Shown here: positions 11,767 to 24,480 of the stretch, one piece after another
How the letters are laid out: the number at the start of each line of letters is the position of its first letter
How positions within the stretch are numbered: position 1 is the first letter of the stretch
Notes under the pieces: model-generated
Database searches by the model: none
Seen by the model: only the letters and a program-made list of their open reading frames with translations
Told to the model about the DNA's origin: nothing
NCBI RefSeq assembly: GCF_006345805.1
Contig: NC_043009.1
Coordinates: 1,612,001-1,676,000, forward strand
Source of the DNA: Octopus sinensis
Taxonomy: Eukaryota
Length of the DNA: 64,000 nucleotides
Reading direction: 5' to 3'
Position numbers and translations under genes: made by a program

Positions 11767-11823
11767 TTAGATGAATTCCTGATGATCACAGCAGCATGAA
11801 ACTCAAGTCACAACTTCATCTAA
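11767..11823 (+). ncRNA. Degenerate type I hammerhead ribozyme-like motif with an inverted sister copy at 11738-11770
   Basis: CTGATGA (11779), 12-nt stem II region, GAAAC-TCAA-GTC. Distal stem I TTAGATGAA/TTCATCTAA; proximal stem I and stem II are mispaired. Confidence 0.4.
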
Positions 11824-12740
11824 CAAACAATGGACAGACGTCAATTCATTACAGCTGTTTCCAACGAATTTTTTTAATTGAATAATGAGTACATTAATTG
11901 TGCACACAACCTGAGTATCCTTCTGCCAGTACTTCTGTACCAATGTTGGCATTAGTCTATAAGCAATTATCAATTCTGATCCAACCTGGTGCCTTACCGT
12001 TTAAGTTCCTTATTCACCTGAACCTTAATATATATATATATAATATATATATATATATATACATACATACATACATATACATACACACACAGAGCTGGAT
12101 ATCAAATGGATATTATCATTCAAAGCTAGTGGTGTATACACTCTCATTAGAGAATGTGTGCACATGTGATTCATTTTTGAATATTTTTTCGGTACCAATC
12201 AAATCTTGATGTACAATTGAATAGTCATATTTTGCTATGTTTACAAATAGTGTCATGATGCTTCCCCCACCTAAACCATTTGAATAGGAATTTCAGAGTT
12301 ATGTTTCAAGAAGTGTCAGCTTCTAATAAAATATACAAGTTTTACATATTGTGTACTTTCTCACCCCTGTTAGTAAACAAATACCTACCAATTCACTCCA
12401 CACACACACACACACACAAATATATATATATATACAACAATAATATCAGGGGTATGACAGGTAAAGATATATTTATTTAACCACATGACTTCCATATAAT
12501 TATAGCTGTTTTGCAACCTTCTTCATGTAGTATTAATTTCACTATGCAAGACTTTATACATACATGTTTGCATCAGTATGTATACTCTGCATATTCACAA
12601 ATCAATGCACATACAGAAAGCAAGCTCATCAGATCATCAGGATTACATCAACATTTCAACTCTTGTAATAGCCATGCAATTCTCTGAACCCAGATTTTAT
12701 ACAACTCCTTTATCTATCTATTTCTCAAATATATATATAT

Positions 12741-12874
12741 AAGAATTTTTTGCGTAATAAGATTTAAAAAACCAAGGTTGTGTAGATATTAGAGCATTTA
12801 TAGATAGAAGCTCTAATAAATGCTCTAATATCCACACACCCTTGGTTTTTAATCGTATTACGCAAAAAATTCTT
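12741..12874. repeat. Foldback with ~60-bp arms and 14-nt loop, flanked by TA
   Basis: 12741-12801 is the near-exact reverse complement of 12816-12874. Confidence 0.9.
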
Positions 12875-13627
12875 ATATACACACGCTGACATAGAACCAA
12901 CGTTGAACCCCTTATTTGCAAAATTACCAAATCTGGAACTTAACTATGATCTGTCTCTAGCACTTATTCAGCATTACCTGACACCTTTGGGTCTCAATGA
13001 CACCATTATCTCTTATATATATATATATATATATGATATGATGATTGCCTCATTTTGAGGGATGATAACCGTCCCATCAACAAACCCCGCTACACCCCAT
13101 CACACAGACCCTCCGTTGATGAGTCCTCAGAAGACTTTTAAGACCAGCTGCTGACTGGCAGGGTTCCAAAAACAAGTGACTCAAATTCCTTCTACATCTT
13201 TGCCCTTTGGCACCACCTTAAAGGGTTTTAGTTCAACAAATTGATCCCAGAACTTATTCTTTGTAAGCCTACTACTTATTCTATCAGTCTCTTTCACTGA
13301 ACTGCTAAATTATGGAGATGTAAACACACCAACATCGGTTGCCAAATGATGGCAGGAGGACAAACACACACACAAGGACACAAGCACATGAATCTATGTA
13401 TTATGTGTGATTGAGTTCTGTTGTCAAAAGCAGGATACCAGGTAGGTAATAAACTTGAACACCATATATATATATATATATATATATACTAAGCAATAAG
13501 GGTTTAGCAACGAGTTGCCTTACCACATACCGAATTTAGAAATAGCAGTCAAAGGGTTATAGCTATTTCTTCTACTAAAAAGGGAGATCTCAGTAAAAAC
13601 AGCATTTATATATATATATATATATAT

Positions 13628-13858
13628 ATTCTTTACTACCCAGAAGGAGCTAAATATAGAGGGGGAACAAACAAGGACAGACAAACAGATTAAGTCGATT
13701 ACATCGACCCCAGTGCGTAACTGGTACTTAATTTATCGACCCCGAAAGGATGAAAGGCAAAGTCGACCTCGGCAGAATTTGAACTCAGAACATAACGGCA
13801 GACGAAATACGGCTACACATTTCGCCTGGCGTGCTAACGTTTCTGCCAGCTTGCTGCC
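13628..13858 (-). mobile_element. Nin/Deu-like SINE B1, full length, in (TA)n
   Basis: Reverse complement of the 7350 and 25662 copies. Confidence 0.9.
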
Positions 13859-13909
13859 TTTATATATATATATATATATATATGCACACACACACACACA
13901 CACACACCA

Positions 13910-14475
13910 CACAGACATGCAGGAAGTAAATAGACACCTTTAATTTTCAAAATTTCTAATCTAAGCATCTTAATGTTTTCAGTAGTGGAGAATTTACAAT
14001 GTAATTATTCTTTTTCATTCCAGGTGCCATTATATTAAACATTTGCAAAGAGTAACCATGCCACTCACAAAAAATTCAGCACAACTGTCAGATTTTCAAA
14101 GTGGTCATATTGTTGGGCAATCTGAGGCTGGTGAAAAATTGCTGAAAATCTTCAAATTCCTCTTGCAACTGTTAATAGAATTATAGTGAAATTCAAAAGC
14201 CAAGGAAAAGAACCAACAGATTTTTGTCCTGGCCGACCTGGGCCCTTGGAAAGGAAGCTTCTCTAGTTGAAGAGAATTGTGGAAAACAAACCCTGTTCGA
14301 AGGCTTCTGACATTGCAAAACAGCTAGAAGTTAGTCCAAGAATGTGTGTTACATATCTGCATAATCTTGGGTATTATGAACGAGCAGCTAGAAGAAACCC
14401 TCTCCTTCAACCAATTAATATAAAATGAAAGATTTTGAAAATTAAAGGTGTCTATTTACTTCCTGCTTGTCTGCG
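13910..14475 (+). mobile_element. Tc1-family internal-deletion derivative, 566 bp, 44-bp TIRs
   Basis: TIRs 13910-13953 and 14432-14475 (42/44 match), TA after the right end. The interior encodes a transposase N-terminus. Confidence 0.9.
14058..14428 (+). pseudogene. Tc1 transposase N-terminal paired-like HTH remnant, DDE domain deleted
   Basis: MPLTKNSAQLSDFQSGHIVG / [21 protein letters not shown]...GRP...LGYYERAARRNPLL, with a frameshift and a stop. Confidence 0.85.
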
Positions 14476-14849
14476 TATAGTCACCTGACAAGGTGTATCT
14501 GCACTGAAGGATGTACCATAACCAGTACTCATTCTATCAGTCATTTTTGCTGAACTGCTAAGTTACAGGGATGTAAACATACCAGTACCGGTTGACAAGA
14601 CGCACACACACACAAACACGTTTGTGTGTATATACATATATATACATGATGAGCTTCTTTCAGTTTCTGACTACCAAATGCACTCACAAAGCTTTGGTCA
14701 GCCCCCAAGGTTATAGTAGAAGATACTTACCCAAGATGTCACACAGTGGGACTGAACCCAGAACCATGTGGTTGGGAAGCAAGTTTATTACCACACAGCC
14801 ATGCCTGCACACACACACACACACAACACACACACACACATTCGTGTAT

Positions 14850-15205
14850 TCTTTTATTTGAGTTATTTGACTGACCATGCTGGAGCACTGCCTTTAGTTA
14901 AAGAAATTGACCCCAGGACTTATTCTTCGTAAGCCCAGTACTTATTTTATCAGACTCCTTTGCTGAGCCACTAAGTTTCTGGGATGTAAACACACCAACA
15001 TCAGTTGTCAAGTGATGGGGAGGAGGACACAGACACACAGACACACACATGACAGGATTCTTTCAATTTCCGTCAACCAAATTCACTCACATGCCTTTGG
15101 TTGGACCAAGGCTAAAATAGAAGACGCTTGCCCAAGGTGCCATGCAGTGGGACTGAACCAGGACCATGTGGTTGGGAAGCAAGCTTCTTACCACACAGCC
15201 ACCTC
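14850..15205 (-). mobile_element. CORE-type SINE A, with further minus-strand fragments at 14520-14805 and 13200-13365
   Basis: Reverse complement of the family consensus seen at 16573. Confidence 0.8.
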
Positions 15206-15299
15206 CCTGAACTCTCTCTCTCTCTCCACTCCATTCTTACACTGGCTACCATTGTTCAGAATATCCCCCACCACTGCTAATTAGGGTACTTAAGTAACA

Positions 15300-15930
15300 G
15301 AGGCTGTGTACTGCACATACACACATGTGTGAGGTGCAGTGGAACCAAAAGCAGGTTAAGGTGCAAGAGCAATAAGCACACGAAAATAGATTCTCTCAAA
15401 TTCCCAAGAAAATCCTTAAAAGTAACTGATAGCTTCTGTTACCTAGGTGACCTAATTAACAGTAATAGTGGAGGAGGTGGTGTGCATTCTAGAGGTACAG
15501 TGAGCAGAGTATGAAAAATCTTAAAGTTTAGGGATCAATTATTTCTGTTGATAAAGGGGTTTTTCTAAGGGGGTGAGCCAGCAGAAACATTAGCACGCCG
15601 GGCAAAATGCTTAGCAGTATTTCGTATGTCTTTACATTCTGAGTTCAAATTCCCCTGAGGTCAGCCTTGCCTTTCATCCTTTCGGGGTTGATAAATTAAG
15701 TACCAGTTATGTACTGAAGTTGATCTAATCGACTGGCTTCCTCCCCTAAAAATTTTGGGCCTTATGCCTATAGTAGAAAAGAACAAAGGGGTTTTTCTCT
15801 TTCGAAGGAAAGATAGGCTTGTGTGAAGCTTGTGTATGAACTTCAATGCTACATGGAAGTGAGACAATCTGTGAAGACTAGAAAAAAATGAAGCAGCCAT
15901 GCTCTCCAGGGTACACTACATCAATGTGCA
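15300..15930 (+). mobile_element. Old RTE fragment (PHD end to thumb region) split by a B2 SINE
   Basis: RCSG...SLKVTDSFCYLGDLI..SGGG, then KG.SLR.KDRL.EACV.TSMLHGSET after the SINE. Confidence 0.75.
15567..15784 (+). mobile_element. SINE B2 with 14-bp TSD AAAGGGGTTTTTCT
   Basis: Exact TSD at 15553-15566 and 15785-15798. Confidence 0.9.
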
Positions 15931-15949
15931 CTAAAGATGGCATACAAAT

Positions 15950-16307
15950 GGTGGCAGTGTGGTAAGAAGCTTACTTTCCAACCACATGGTTCTGGGTTCA
16001 CTCCCACTGTGTGGCAAGTGTCTTTTACTATAGCCTCGGGCCAACCAAAGCCTCGTGAGTGGATTTGGTAGGTGAAAACTGAAAGAAGCCTGTATATATA
16101 AGTGTGTGTGTTTGACCCCCTACCACTGTTCAACACCCAGTGTTGGTGTATTTATGTCCTTGTAACTTAGCGGTTCAGCAAAAGTGACTGATAGAACAAG
16201 TACCAGACTTAAATTAGTACTGGGGTCGATTCATTCAACTAAAAATTCAAGGTAGTGCCCCAGCATGGCCAAAGTCTAATGACAGAAACAAGTAAAAGAA
16301 TAAAAGA
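15950..16307 (+). mobile_element. CORE-type SINE A
   Basis: Head, CORE-like motif and GCAGTC..GAC.GAAACAAGTAAAAGA tail. Confidence 0.8.
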
Positions 16308-16424
16308 ATGTACTGAGGAAAAAAGCTGGGCATAATTAATGAGCTGACAAAGCACAAATATGCAAATTAGGCTATTCATTATGGTGCTAGTCTAATGATT
16401 GCCTTATACGACTGCTTAATATGC

Positions 16425-17128
16425 CAGTGGTTCCCAAAGTTTTTTGGACTGCTGCTCCCTTGACACCCAGGCCACATTCCTAGCACTTCAACCCCAACTG
16501 ACCATCACAAACATTGACCTCTTTCTGAAGCAAATTCAAAGCAACTGTATTTCATAAATAAAACTTAACTTAGGCACAGGAGTGGCTGTGTGGTAAGTAG
16601 CTTGCTTACCTATCACATTCTTCCGGGTTCAGTCCCACTGCATGGCACCTTGGGCAAGTGTCTTCTACTATAACCTCAGGCCGACCAAAGCCTTGTGAGT
16701 GGGTTTGGTAGACGGAAACTGAAAGAAGCCCACCATATATATGCATATATATATATGTATGTGTGTGTATGTATGTGTGTCTGTGATTGTCCCCCCAACA
16801 TCGCTTGACAACCAATAGTTGCGTGTTTATGTCTCCGTAACTTAGCGGTTCGGCAAAAGAGACTGATAGAATTAGTACTAGGCTTCCAGGGAATAAGTAC
16901 TGGGGTCGATTTGCTCGACTAAAGGCGGTGCTCCAGTATGGCTGCAGTCAAATGACTGAAACGAGTAAAAGAGTAAAGAGAGAGTAAAGAGTAATGAACT
17001 GATTATTTTGTTGATCTTACGTGAATCGCTCCCTTGTTACCCCCCCCACTTTTGTTCAATGACCCCCTTGGAACTTTCCACCGCCCCCGTGTGGGGGGAC
17101 GGAATACTGGCCACTTTGGGAACCACTG
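16425..17128. mobile_element. hAT (Charlie-like) MITE with nested SINE A
   Basis: Perfect 16-bp TIR CAGTGGTTCCCAAAGT / ACTTTGGGAACCACTG. Flanking 8-mers TAATATGC and TTCTATGC match 6/8. Confidence 0.85.
16573..16993 (+). mobile_element. CORE-type SINE A, full-length exemplar (roughly 35 copies or fragments in the window)
   Basis: GGCACAGGAGTGGCTGTGTGGTAAG head, GGTTCAGTCCC B-box, CORE-like GGCACCTTGGGCAAGTG, central microsatellite and hairpin tail CAGTC-AAAT-GACTG. Confidence 0.9.
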
Positions 17129-17142
17129 TTCTATGCTATTAA

Positions 17143-17358
17143 CCTCTTAATATTCAGATTATTCTCTTGAATGTATTAATTATTAACTTCGTTTTGAATT
17201 AATTATACAATATCTCATAACTTCAAGATTTCAATGATGAGATTATTTATTTCTATAATGGCATCGTAGGGTAGGTGTGAGAGACCAGATCTAGCTAGTT
17301 GGAATCTAAAACAGGCAAAATATTTGGATCAGATTTGGCCAGTTTAAATGCTAAACGT
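17143..17358. mobile_element. piggyBac-like MITE, family 1
   Basis: TTAA on both sides; reverse-orientation homolog of 21277-21493. Confidence 0.65.
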
Positions 17359-17549
17359 TTAACAGGAAAAGAAAGCCAGATAGGACTTCTCTGAGGATCA
17401 GTTAACAAATTCCCCCCCTCAACACATCAAAAAGCATAGAAGTGGGTTTACTTTTTTATTTTTATCACAGGGGGGTTTTGTAATATGTAAATTCATTTCA
17501 TTGAACTATTTATTATTTTATTATATTAAAAAAGGGTTAAACCCCCATT

Positions 17550-17872
17550 TGTAATGAATGACCATGGGATTGCACCTAGAAAGTTCTCCTCCAAGACACA
17601 AGTCCAGACAAATCTTTTTGTGGAAGACCAGCAGTCGCCCATACATACCAGCCTCCCTTCTCTGTGCCACCAATATTGTCCAAGGGAAAGGCAAAGGGGC
17701 CAATACAGCTTGGCACCAGTGATGTTGCAACTTGTTTCTACAGCTGAGTGAACTGAGCAATGTGAAAATAAAGTGACTTGCTCAAGAACACAACACACAG
17801 CCTGAATGGGGAATTGAACTTGCTACCTCATGATTGTGAGCCCAACGCTCTAACCACTGAGCCATGTGCCTT
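17550..17872 (-). mobile_element. SINE family C
   Basis: Similarity to 4143-4450. Confidence 0.85.
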
Positions 17873-17904
17873 CACCTTACTGTATAGGTTTGAGTTTTTA
17901 TCGT

Positions 17905-18685
17905 TTGTCCTATTTGCTTCAGTTGCTGGACTGTGGCCATGCTGGGGCATTGCCTTCAAGAGTTTAGATGAACAAATCACTCCGAGGATTTATTTTCAAG
18001 TCTGGTATTTATTCTATCAGCCTCTTAAAGCCAAACCTTTAAGTTATGAGGATATAAACAAATCAACACTGGTTGTCAAGCAGAGAGGTGAGAACAGACA
18101 CAAACAGAAACAGACACATGACGAGCTTCCATACAGTTTCCATCTACCAAATTCACTCACAAGGAATTAGTCAACCCAGGGCTATTGTAGAAGACATTTG
18201 CCCAAGGTACTGTGCATTGAGACTGAACCCAAAACCATGTGGTTGTAAAGTGACCACACATGCACCTCAATTATACTTTAGGCATGGCTGTGGGGTAAGA
18301 AGCTTGCTTCCCAACCACATGGTTCCAGGTTCAGTTCCACTGTGTAGCAACTAGGACAAGTGTCTTCTACTATAGCCCTGGGCCAACCAAAGCCTTGTGG
18401 GTGGATATGGTAAATGGAAACTGAAAGAAGCCCCTCATCTGTGTGAGTGTGTATCATTGTGTTTTTCCCCCAACCATTGCTTGGTAACCAATGTTGGTAT
18501 GTTTACATCCCCAGTAACTTAGTAGTTCGGCAAAAGATGCCAATAGAATAAGTACTAGGCTTACAAAGAATAAGTCCTGGGGTCGATTTCTTTGACTAAA
18601 GCCCCTTCAAGGCAATGCTCCAGCATGACAACAGTCAAATGAACTGAAACAAGTAAATGGATAAAAATTAAAAACTAAAAGAATA
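17905..18685. mobile_element. Divergent head-to-head SINE A pair (-, 17905-18270; +, 18281-18685)
   Basis: Family motifs in opposite orientations. Confidence 0.75.
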
Positions 18686-18759
18686 ACGTACATACATGTG
18701 TATATAATTCTATGCATCAGATAAAATTTAGGCCTAAGTGTAAACACTTAAACTTAAAC

Positions 18760-19316
18760 TTAAACACTCTGCATATATGAGTATCATAATACAAACTGCA
18801 AGTGTATATAAATGTATAAGAGGTTATGTATGTATCAGCAGCATTGAGTCTGTATATAAGTGTATGTATATATATATATGTGCGTGTGTGCGTATTTATT
18901 TATGTATATATACATGTGCGATTGTATGTGCATTGTTTATACATGTCTGTGTATGTGCATGTTGCGTATATATGTGTATGTATGTTACTTGTTTGGAAGA
19001 AGTTTAGTAGTAGCAGAAAAGTTGCATCAGTCAGTTGATTACTATGCATCCATGTATTTGTGTAGATATGTTTGTGTGTGTGTGTGTATGTATATATATA
19101 TATATGTATGTGAGGGTGTATATATATATGTATGTATGTGTGGTGTGTATGCCAGGTGTTTTATAACAGCAGTATGATTTCATCAGTTGATCACTCTCAA
19201 GATATATGACTGTATGTATATATATATATGTATGTATGTATTAAGATATAAGTCTGTGTGTATATGTTTACACACACATGTATATATGTGTATCAAGATA
19301 TGTGAATGTATGTGTA

Positions 19317-19350
<34 letters not shown>

Positions 19351-19680
19351 CACACACACGTTTATGAATATCTTTATGAAGAGATGTATGTTTTGTGTGT
19401 ATGTGTGCCAGATGTTTAGTAACAGCAGTGAGACCTCATTCTGTGTGTGCATATATATATGTGTGTGTGTGTATACATGTATGTGTGTGTGAGGGCCATA
19501 TGGCTAGTAACACCAGTGAAGCTCCTTCAAATGTATGCATTTGTTTGTATATGTGTGTGTGTGTCTACGTGTGTGTGTATGCATGTGTATTTGTGTGTAT
19601 GCATGTGTATTTGTGTGTATGTATGAATACGCATATATCTATGCATATTTGTGCTTGTGTGTATATAAATAAGCTCCAGA
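18760..19680. repeat. Compound TA/TG/TATG microsatellite field
   Basis: Direct inspection. Confidence 0.85.
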
Positions 19681-21276
19681 TGGTTAGTATGAAGTGAAAC
19701 CCCATTAAAAGATGGCTATTGATAAAACCCAACCCCTTTCTTCCGATGTTGCCATTAACAACTACCAACCATTACCTCTCAAGTACTACCACCTCCACTG
19801 CAGCCAGCACTACAATCACTGCTTTTATCCTTATTCTCCCAAATTCTCTCTGACAGGGAAATGCAAACAAAACCTTCAAAGTTGCTGAATGAAATCTGGA
19901 GAACAGAAACAGTATGGAAGCTCATAAGTGCAAACCTTCCTGTTTTAGAATGATCATTTCTGTATGGCCCCCAGTATAGCACCACAATCTAGCCTTTAGG
20001 TGCCTTTTACAGAAGGGCTCAGTTCTTATTCTCCAGAGCATCAATCCTTTGGAACTTTCCCTCCACTCACATTGATGTTGTTGTTTAGCCCCAGGTAAAC
20101 CCTCATTGAACATGCCTATGATTCAAAGACATTCCAGTCACGGTCATCTTGTCTACTATTTAGATACAGTCCATCCATGACCACAATTTCCAGTGTCCCA
20201 CTATTTTTGCAAGACTGTAGGATATAATATGAGGGATATTTGACAGCTATTTCTTGTAAGGTAAGCTACCACATGACACAATTAAAGATATTTCACCCAG
20301 GAACTCCCATCTTATGAAGGGTATGTCACACTTATTCTTTAAAATGGAAGGGTGTTTGGCAGCTGTTTCTAGCAGGCTCTTGTCAAACTGTCTGACCTAT
20401 GCCAGTATAGAAAATATACATCATTTGATGAGAATTCTTTCTTCTGGCTAAAATGAAAAATAAAGAACTAACACTACCACTTTAACCATTCCAACATTAT
20501 CCACCAGAACAACATCCCTCACTGAAGAACAAGAAGAACAAGAAGAACAGGAGGAGGAGGAGGAGGAGGAGGAACAACAACAACAACAACAGCAACAGCA
20601 ACAGCAACAACAACAACTACTACTACTACTACTACTACTAACAATACCATACCTCAGGAATGAGAACCCAGGTTCCACCACCACCACCACCTATTATCAT
20701 TTGAGTATTAGGTAATAATATTCTAATGATGATATAACCATTCAGTAATATTCGTATGAGGAAACCCTGAACTCACCACCACCACCACCACCACCCCTGC
20801 CATCATTACCATCACCATAGGGGTATTGGGTGATAATTGCAAAAAGAGATACACTATTTATAAAGATGGTTCCAGAAGGCACACCTATCTCTAAGACATC
20901 TCTGGCTACCCTGGAAATATCATTGCCACCTGCCAACACCAGCTACTCTACCCATATTTGCTGATAGACGAACTGACATACTTGTTATATAGCTTCCTGA
21001 AGTAACACTACCTACCTATCTACCCTACCTCACCTACCTACCTTGGTAACTACACCTCATTAACTATGCATACTCCATCATATAAACCAAATATACATTT
21101 GCAGGCATATTCATTAACTATGCACAGCATCCAGCCAACATCTCAACAAATGCAGCCCCCAACCATGTTACATCATCTGTACGGTGAGCCAACAAAAGAG
21201 CCATTAACTTATGTAGTCAACCTGTCTGTTAGAAATAGCAGCTAAATTTCCCTTGTATCATAAAAAACTGTCTTAA

Positions 21277-21493
21277 CTCTTTAGCATTTAAACCATCCAT
21301 ATCTGGCCAAAATATTCTATTTGTTTCATGCTCAAACTGGCCAGATACAATCTCTTGTGCCTACCTCACAATGTCATACTAAAACTTAATCATATTATCA
21401 AAATCCTGAAGCTACGATATAATTACTTATTAATTCAAAACAATGTGAATAAATAAGGATTACATTTGACTGGGTAATCTGATTGCTAAAGGG
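21277..21493. mobile_element. piggyBac-like MITE, family 1
   Basis: TTAA|CTCTTTAGCA ... TGCTAAAGGG|TTAA. Confidence 0.75.
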
Positions 21494-21554
21494 TTAATTC
21501 ATGAAATAATGCAGGTTTTGTAATAGTGAATAAATGGTAGGGATATAAAGGCCC

Positions 21555-21872
21555 CCTTTAGTCATGAATGACCATGGGATTGCACCTAGAAAGTTCCCCT
21601 TCGAGGCACAAGTCCAGGCAAGGTTGTTTTGCGGTGGAAGACCAGCAGTCGCCCATGCATACCAGTCTCACCTCACTGTGCCACCAATGTTGTTCAAGGG
21701 AAAGGCAAAGGGGCCAATACAGCTTGGCACCTGTGACGCTGCAACTCATTTCTACAGCTGAGTGAACTGGAGCAACGTGAAATAAAGTGTCTTGCTCAAG
21801 AACACAACACACAGCCAGGTCTGGGAATTTAACTCACATCATGATTGTAACCCAACACTAACCACTGAGCCA
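21555..21872 (-). mobile_element. SINE family C
   Basis: Similarity to 4143-4450. Confidence 0.85.
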
Positions 21873-21894
21873 TATATATATATATATATATATA

Positions 21895-22040
21895 TTGGCG
21901 TTAGGAAGGGCATCCAGCTGTAGAAACACTGCCAGATCTGACTGGCCTGGTGCAGCCTTCGGGCTCCCCAGACCCCAGTTGAACCGTCCAACCCATGCTA
22001 GCATGGAAAACGGACGCTAAATGATGATGATGATGATGAT
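21895..22040 (+). mobile_element. RTE 3' tail in (TA)n
   Basis: Matches the LINE 3' end and ends in (GAT)n. Confidence 0.85.
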
Positions 22041-22178
22041 GATATATATATATATATATATATATACATACAAATATAATTTTATTCTCAATGAGGAAAT
22101 ATATATGAGGAAGTATTTAAATTTAAATTCTTTTATATGGTGAGATGAAGGGGCCTACTATCTCTAAATGAAAATATA

Positions 22179-22218
<40 letters not shown>

Positions 22219-22544
22219 CGCACACAGAACACCTGGAATATCTATGATTTGTATGTCTGCTCCGTAAGAGTTAACCTGGCGTTAAACAACAATAACAACA
22301 AGAATTATTTCTAAGCTTATAATCTCCTAATCTACTTGAAATGTAACATCAGTGTTGGATGATATGGTGGATTTGAAAGAAATTCAAAATGGTAAGGCAG
22401 ATAGATAGGACATGGAAGCGGATAAAGACTCAGGTTTCTAATTCAACACTAAAGAAGATAACTCTGTATGCATCTGGGTGTTTATATATGTATGTATGTA
22501 TATATATGTGCGTGTGTGTGTATGTATGTATGCATGCATGCATA

Positions 22545-22925
22545 TATCTTTTATTCCATTGCTTGTTTCAGTCATTTGACTGTGGCCATGCTGGAGCACC
22601 ACCTTTAGTTGAACAAATCGACCCCAGGACTAATTCTTTGTAAGCCAAGTACTTATTCTATTAGTTTCTTTGCTGAACCACTAAGTTACGGGGACATTGT
22701 CAAGTAATGGTGGGGGAGACAAACACTCACACACAAATACATACATATACACACACACACACACACAATGTGCTTCTTTCAGTTTCCGTCTACTAAATCC
22801 ACTCACAATGCTTTGGTCGGCCCGAGGCTATAGAAGACACTTACCCAAAATGCCATGCAGTGGGACTGAACCCAGAGCCATGTGGTTGAGAAGCAAGCTT
22901 CTTACCATATAGCCACTCCTGCACC
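22545..22925 (-). mobile_element. CORE-type SINE A
   Basis: Family similarity. Confidence 0.8.
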
Positions 22926-23983
22926 TCTGTATATATGTATGTGTGTATATATGTATGTGTGTATATATATATGTGTGTGTATATATATATGTGTAGAATA
23001 TGGATTCTGGAGTACACATGAAGTTATGAACATTAGAATGTGAATATTGATTTTTCAACCCAATATTTAGATATTATTTGAAAGCGCATGGCTCACTGGT
23101 TAGTGTCAGGCTTATAATTGTGAGGATGTGAGTTCAATTCCTGGATGAGGAATCATTTAGATCTCCATGTAGATTTTCATAATTCAGTTTGATTACTGTA
23201 GAGTTGTTAATTAACTTCTATACAAAATAGTATCACTAGTTATGACTTACAGAGCAAATGTAGAAAATAGCACAAGGTTCTGGGTTCAGTCCAACTGAGT
23301 GGCACATTGGGCAAGTGTCTTCTACTATAGCCTTGGGTTGCTCCAAATGCAAGTAGATGCTCAACCACAATGTATCCTCAGGGAACACTTTATTGTATCA
23401 AGTAACACAATTATCCCTAACTTCATATAATAAAATGTTCCTTGAGGACTAAAAAGAGCAGAAAGGTGTGAATGAATTAGCTGAGTGCACAGGTTACCGT
23501 ATCCAGCTAAAAGACCAGGTGGTCATGTATTCACCTCTTCAGCAAGACACACCCTCCTGTGCCTCTATCATACTTTCATATCCCTCAATACTACACACCA
23601 CTCAGTTGAGGACGGGGTCTTGTATCTCGAGTACCTGGTAACCTCACTAGTGCTGGTGCCCTGAAAAGTTCACCCAGTACACTCTCTATAAAGTGGTGGG
23701 CATTTGGAAGGGCATCCAGCTGTAGACACCATGCGAAAGCAGACTTTGGAGGTCAGGTCAGTCCTCTGACTCATCAGTTCGTGTCAAACCTGGCAGGGTG
23801 AAAGGGATGTTAAATGATGAGGATTCAATGAATTCTGTCTGGAAGAATGGAAAAATAATTGCTAAAAAACAATGATGATAATATGTCTACTTGTATATTA
23901 CATAAAATTGAAGATCTTATGCACATTATACACAAATGCATGCGTGCGAGTGTGTGTATGTGCGTGCACCTATATATTCATAC

Positions 23984-24480
23984 ATGTGAATATACACACA
24001 AATGTATATAGACACACACGCAAACACACAAATATATAGACACCCACATGCACACACACACAAATGTATATAGATACACACGCACACAAATATATATAGA
24101 CACACACATGCACAAATATAGACTCACACACAAATGTATATAGACATACATGCACACACACACAAATGTATATAGACACACACACACGCAAATATATATA
24201 GACACATGCACATACACACAAATATATATACACACGCACATATACGCAAATGTATAGACACACACGCACACAAATATATATAGACTCACACATACACAAA
24301 TGTATACAGACACACACACACACACAATGTATATAAACACACGCATAAATGCATATAGACACACACACATCAAATGTATATGTAGATACATAGATATAGA
24401 CACAAGCATATGTCGATAGTCACAGGAACACATATATAGATACATAGACACAGGAACACACACATGTAGATACACACAGA
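23984..24480. repeat. Higher-order minisatellite, ~15 units of ~26-31 bp, CAAAT(G/A)TATATAGAC(AC)n
   Basis: Recurring AAATGTATA/AAATATATA anchors. Confidence 0.8.

Noticed and set aside
12628-12642. CTGATGA motifs at 12628-12642 (-), 23770 (-) and 34457 (+) as hammerheads
   Set aside because: No GAAA or stem III at a suitable distance; the 23770 site is part of an RTE tail.
18777-19768. ORF-track proteins rich in VCVY/HTHT/IYIY/LSLS (throughout the window)
   Set aside because: They are translations of dinucleotide microsatellites.
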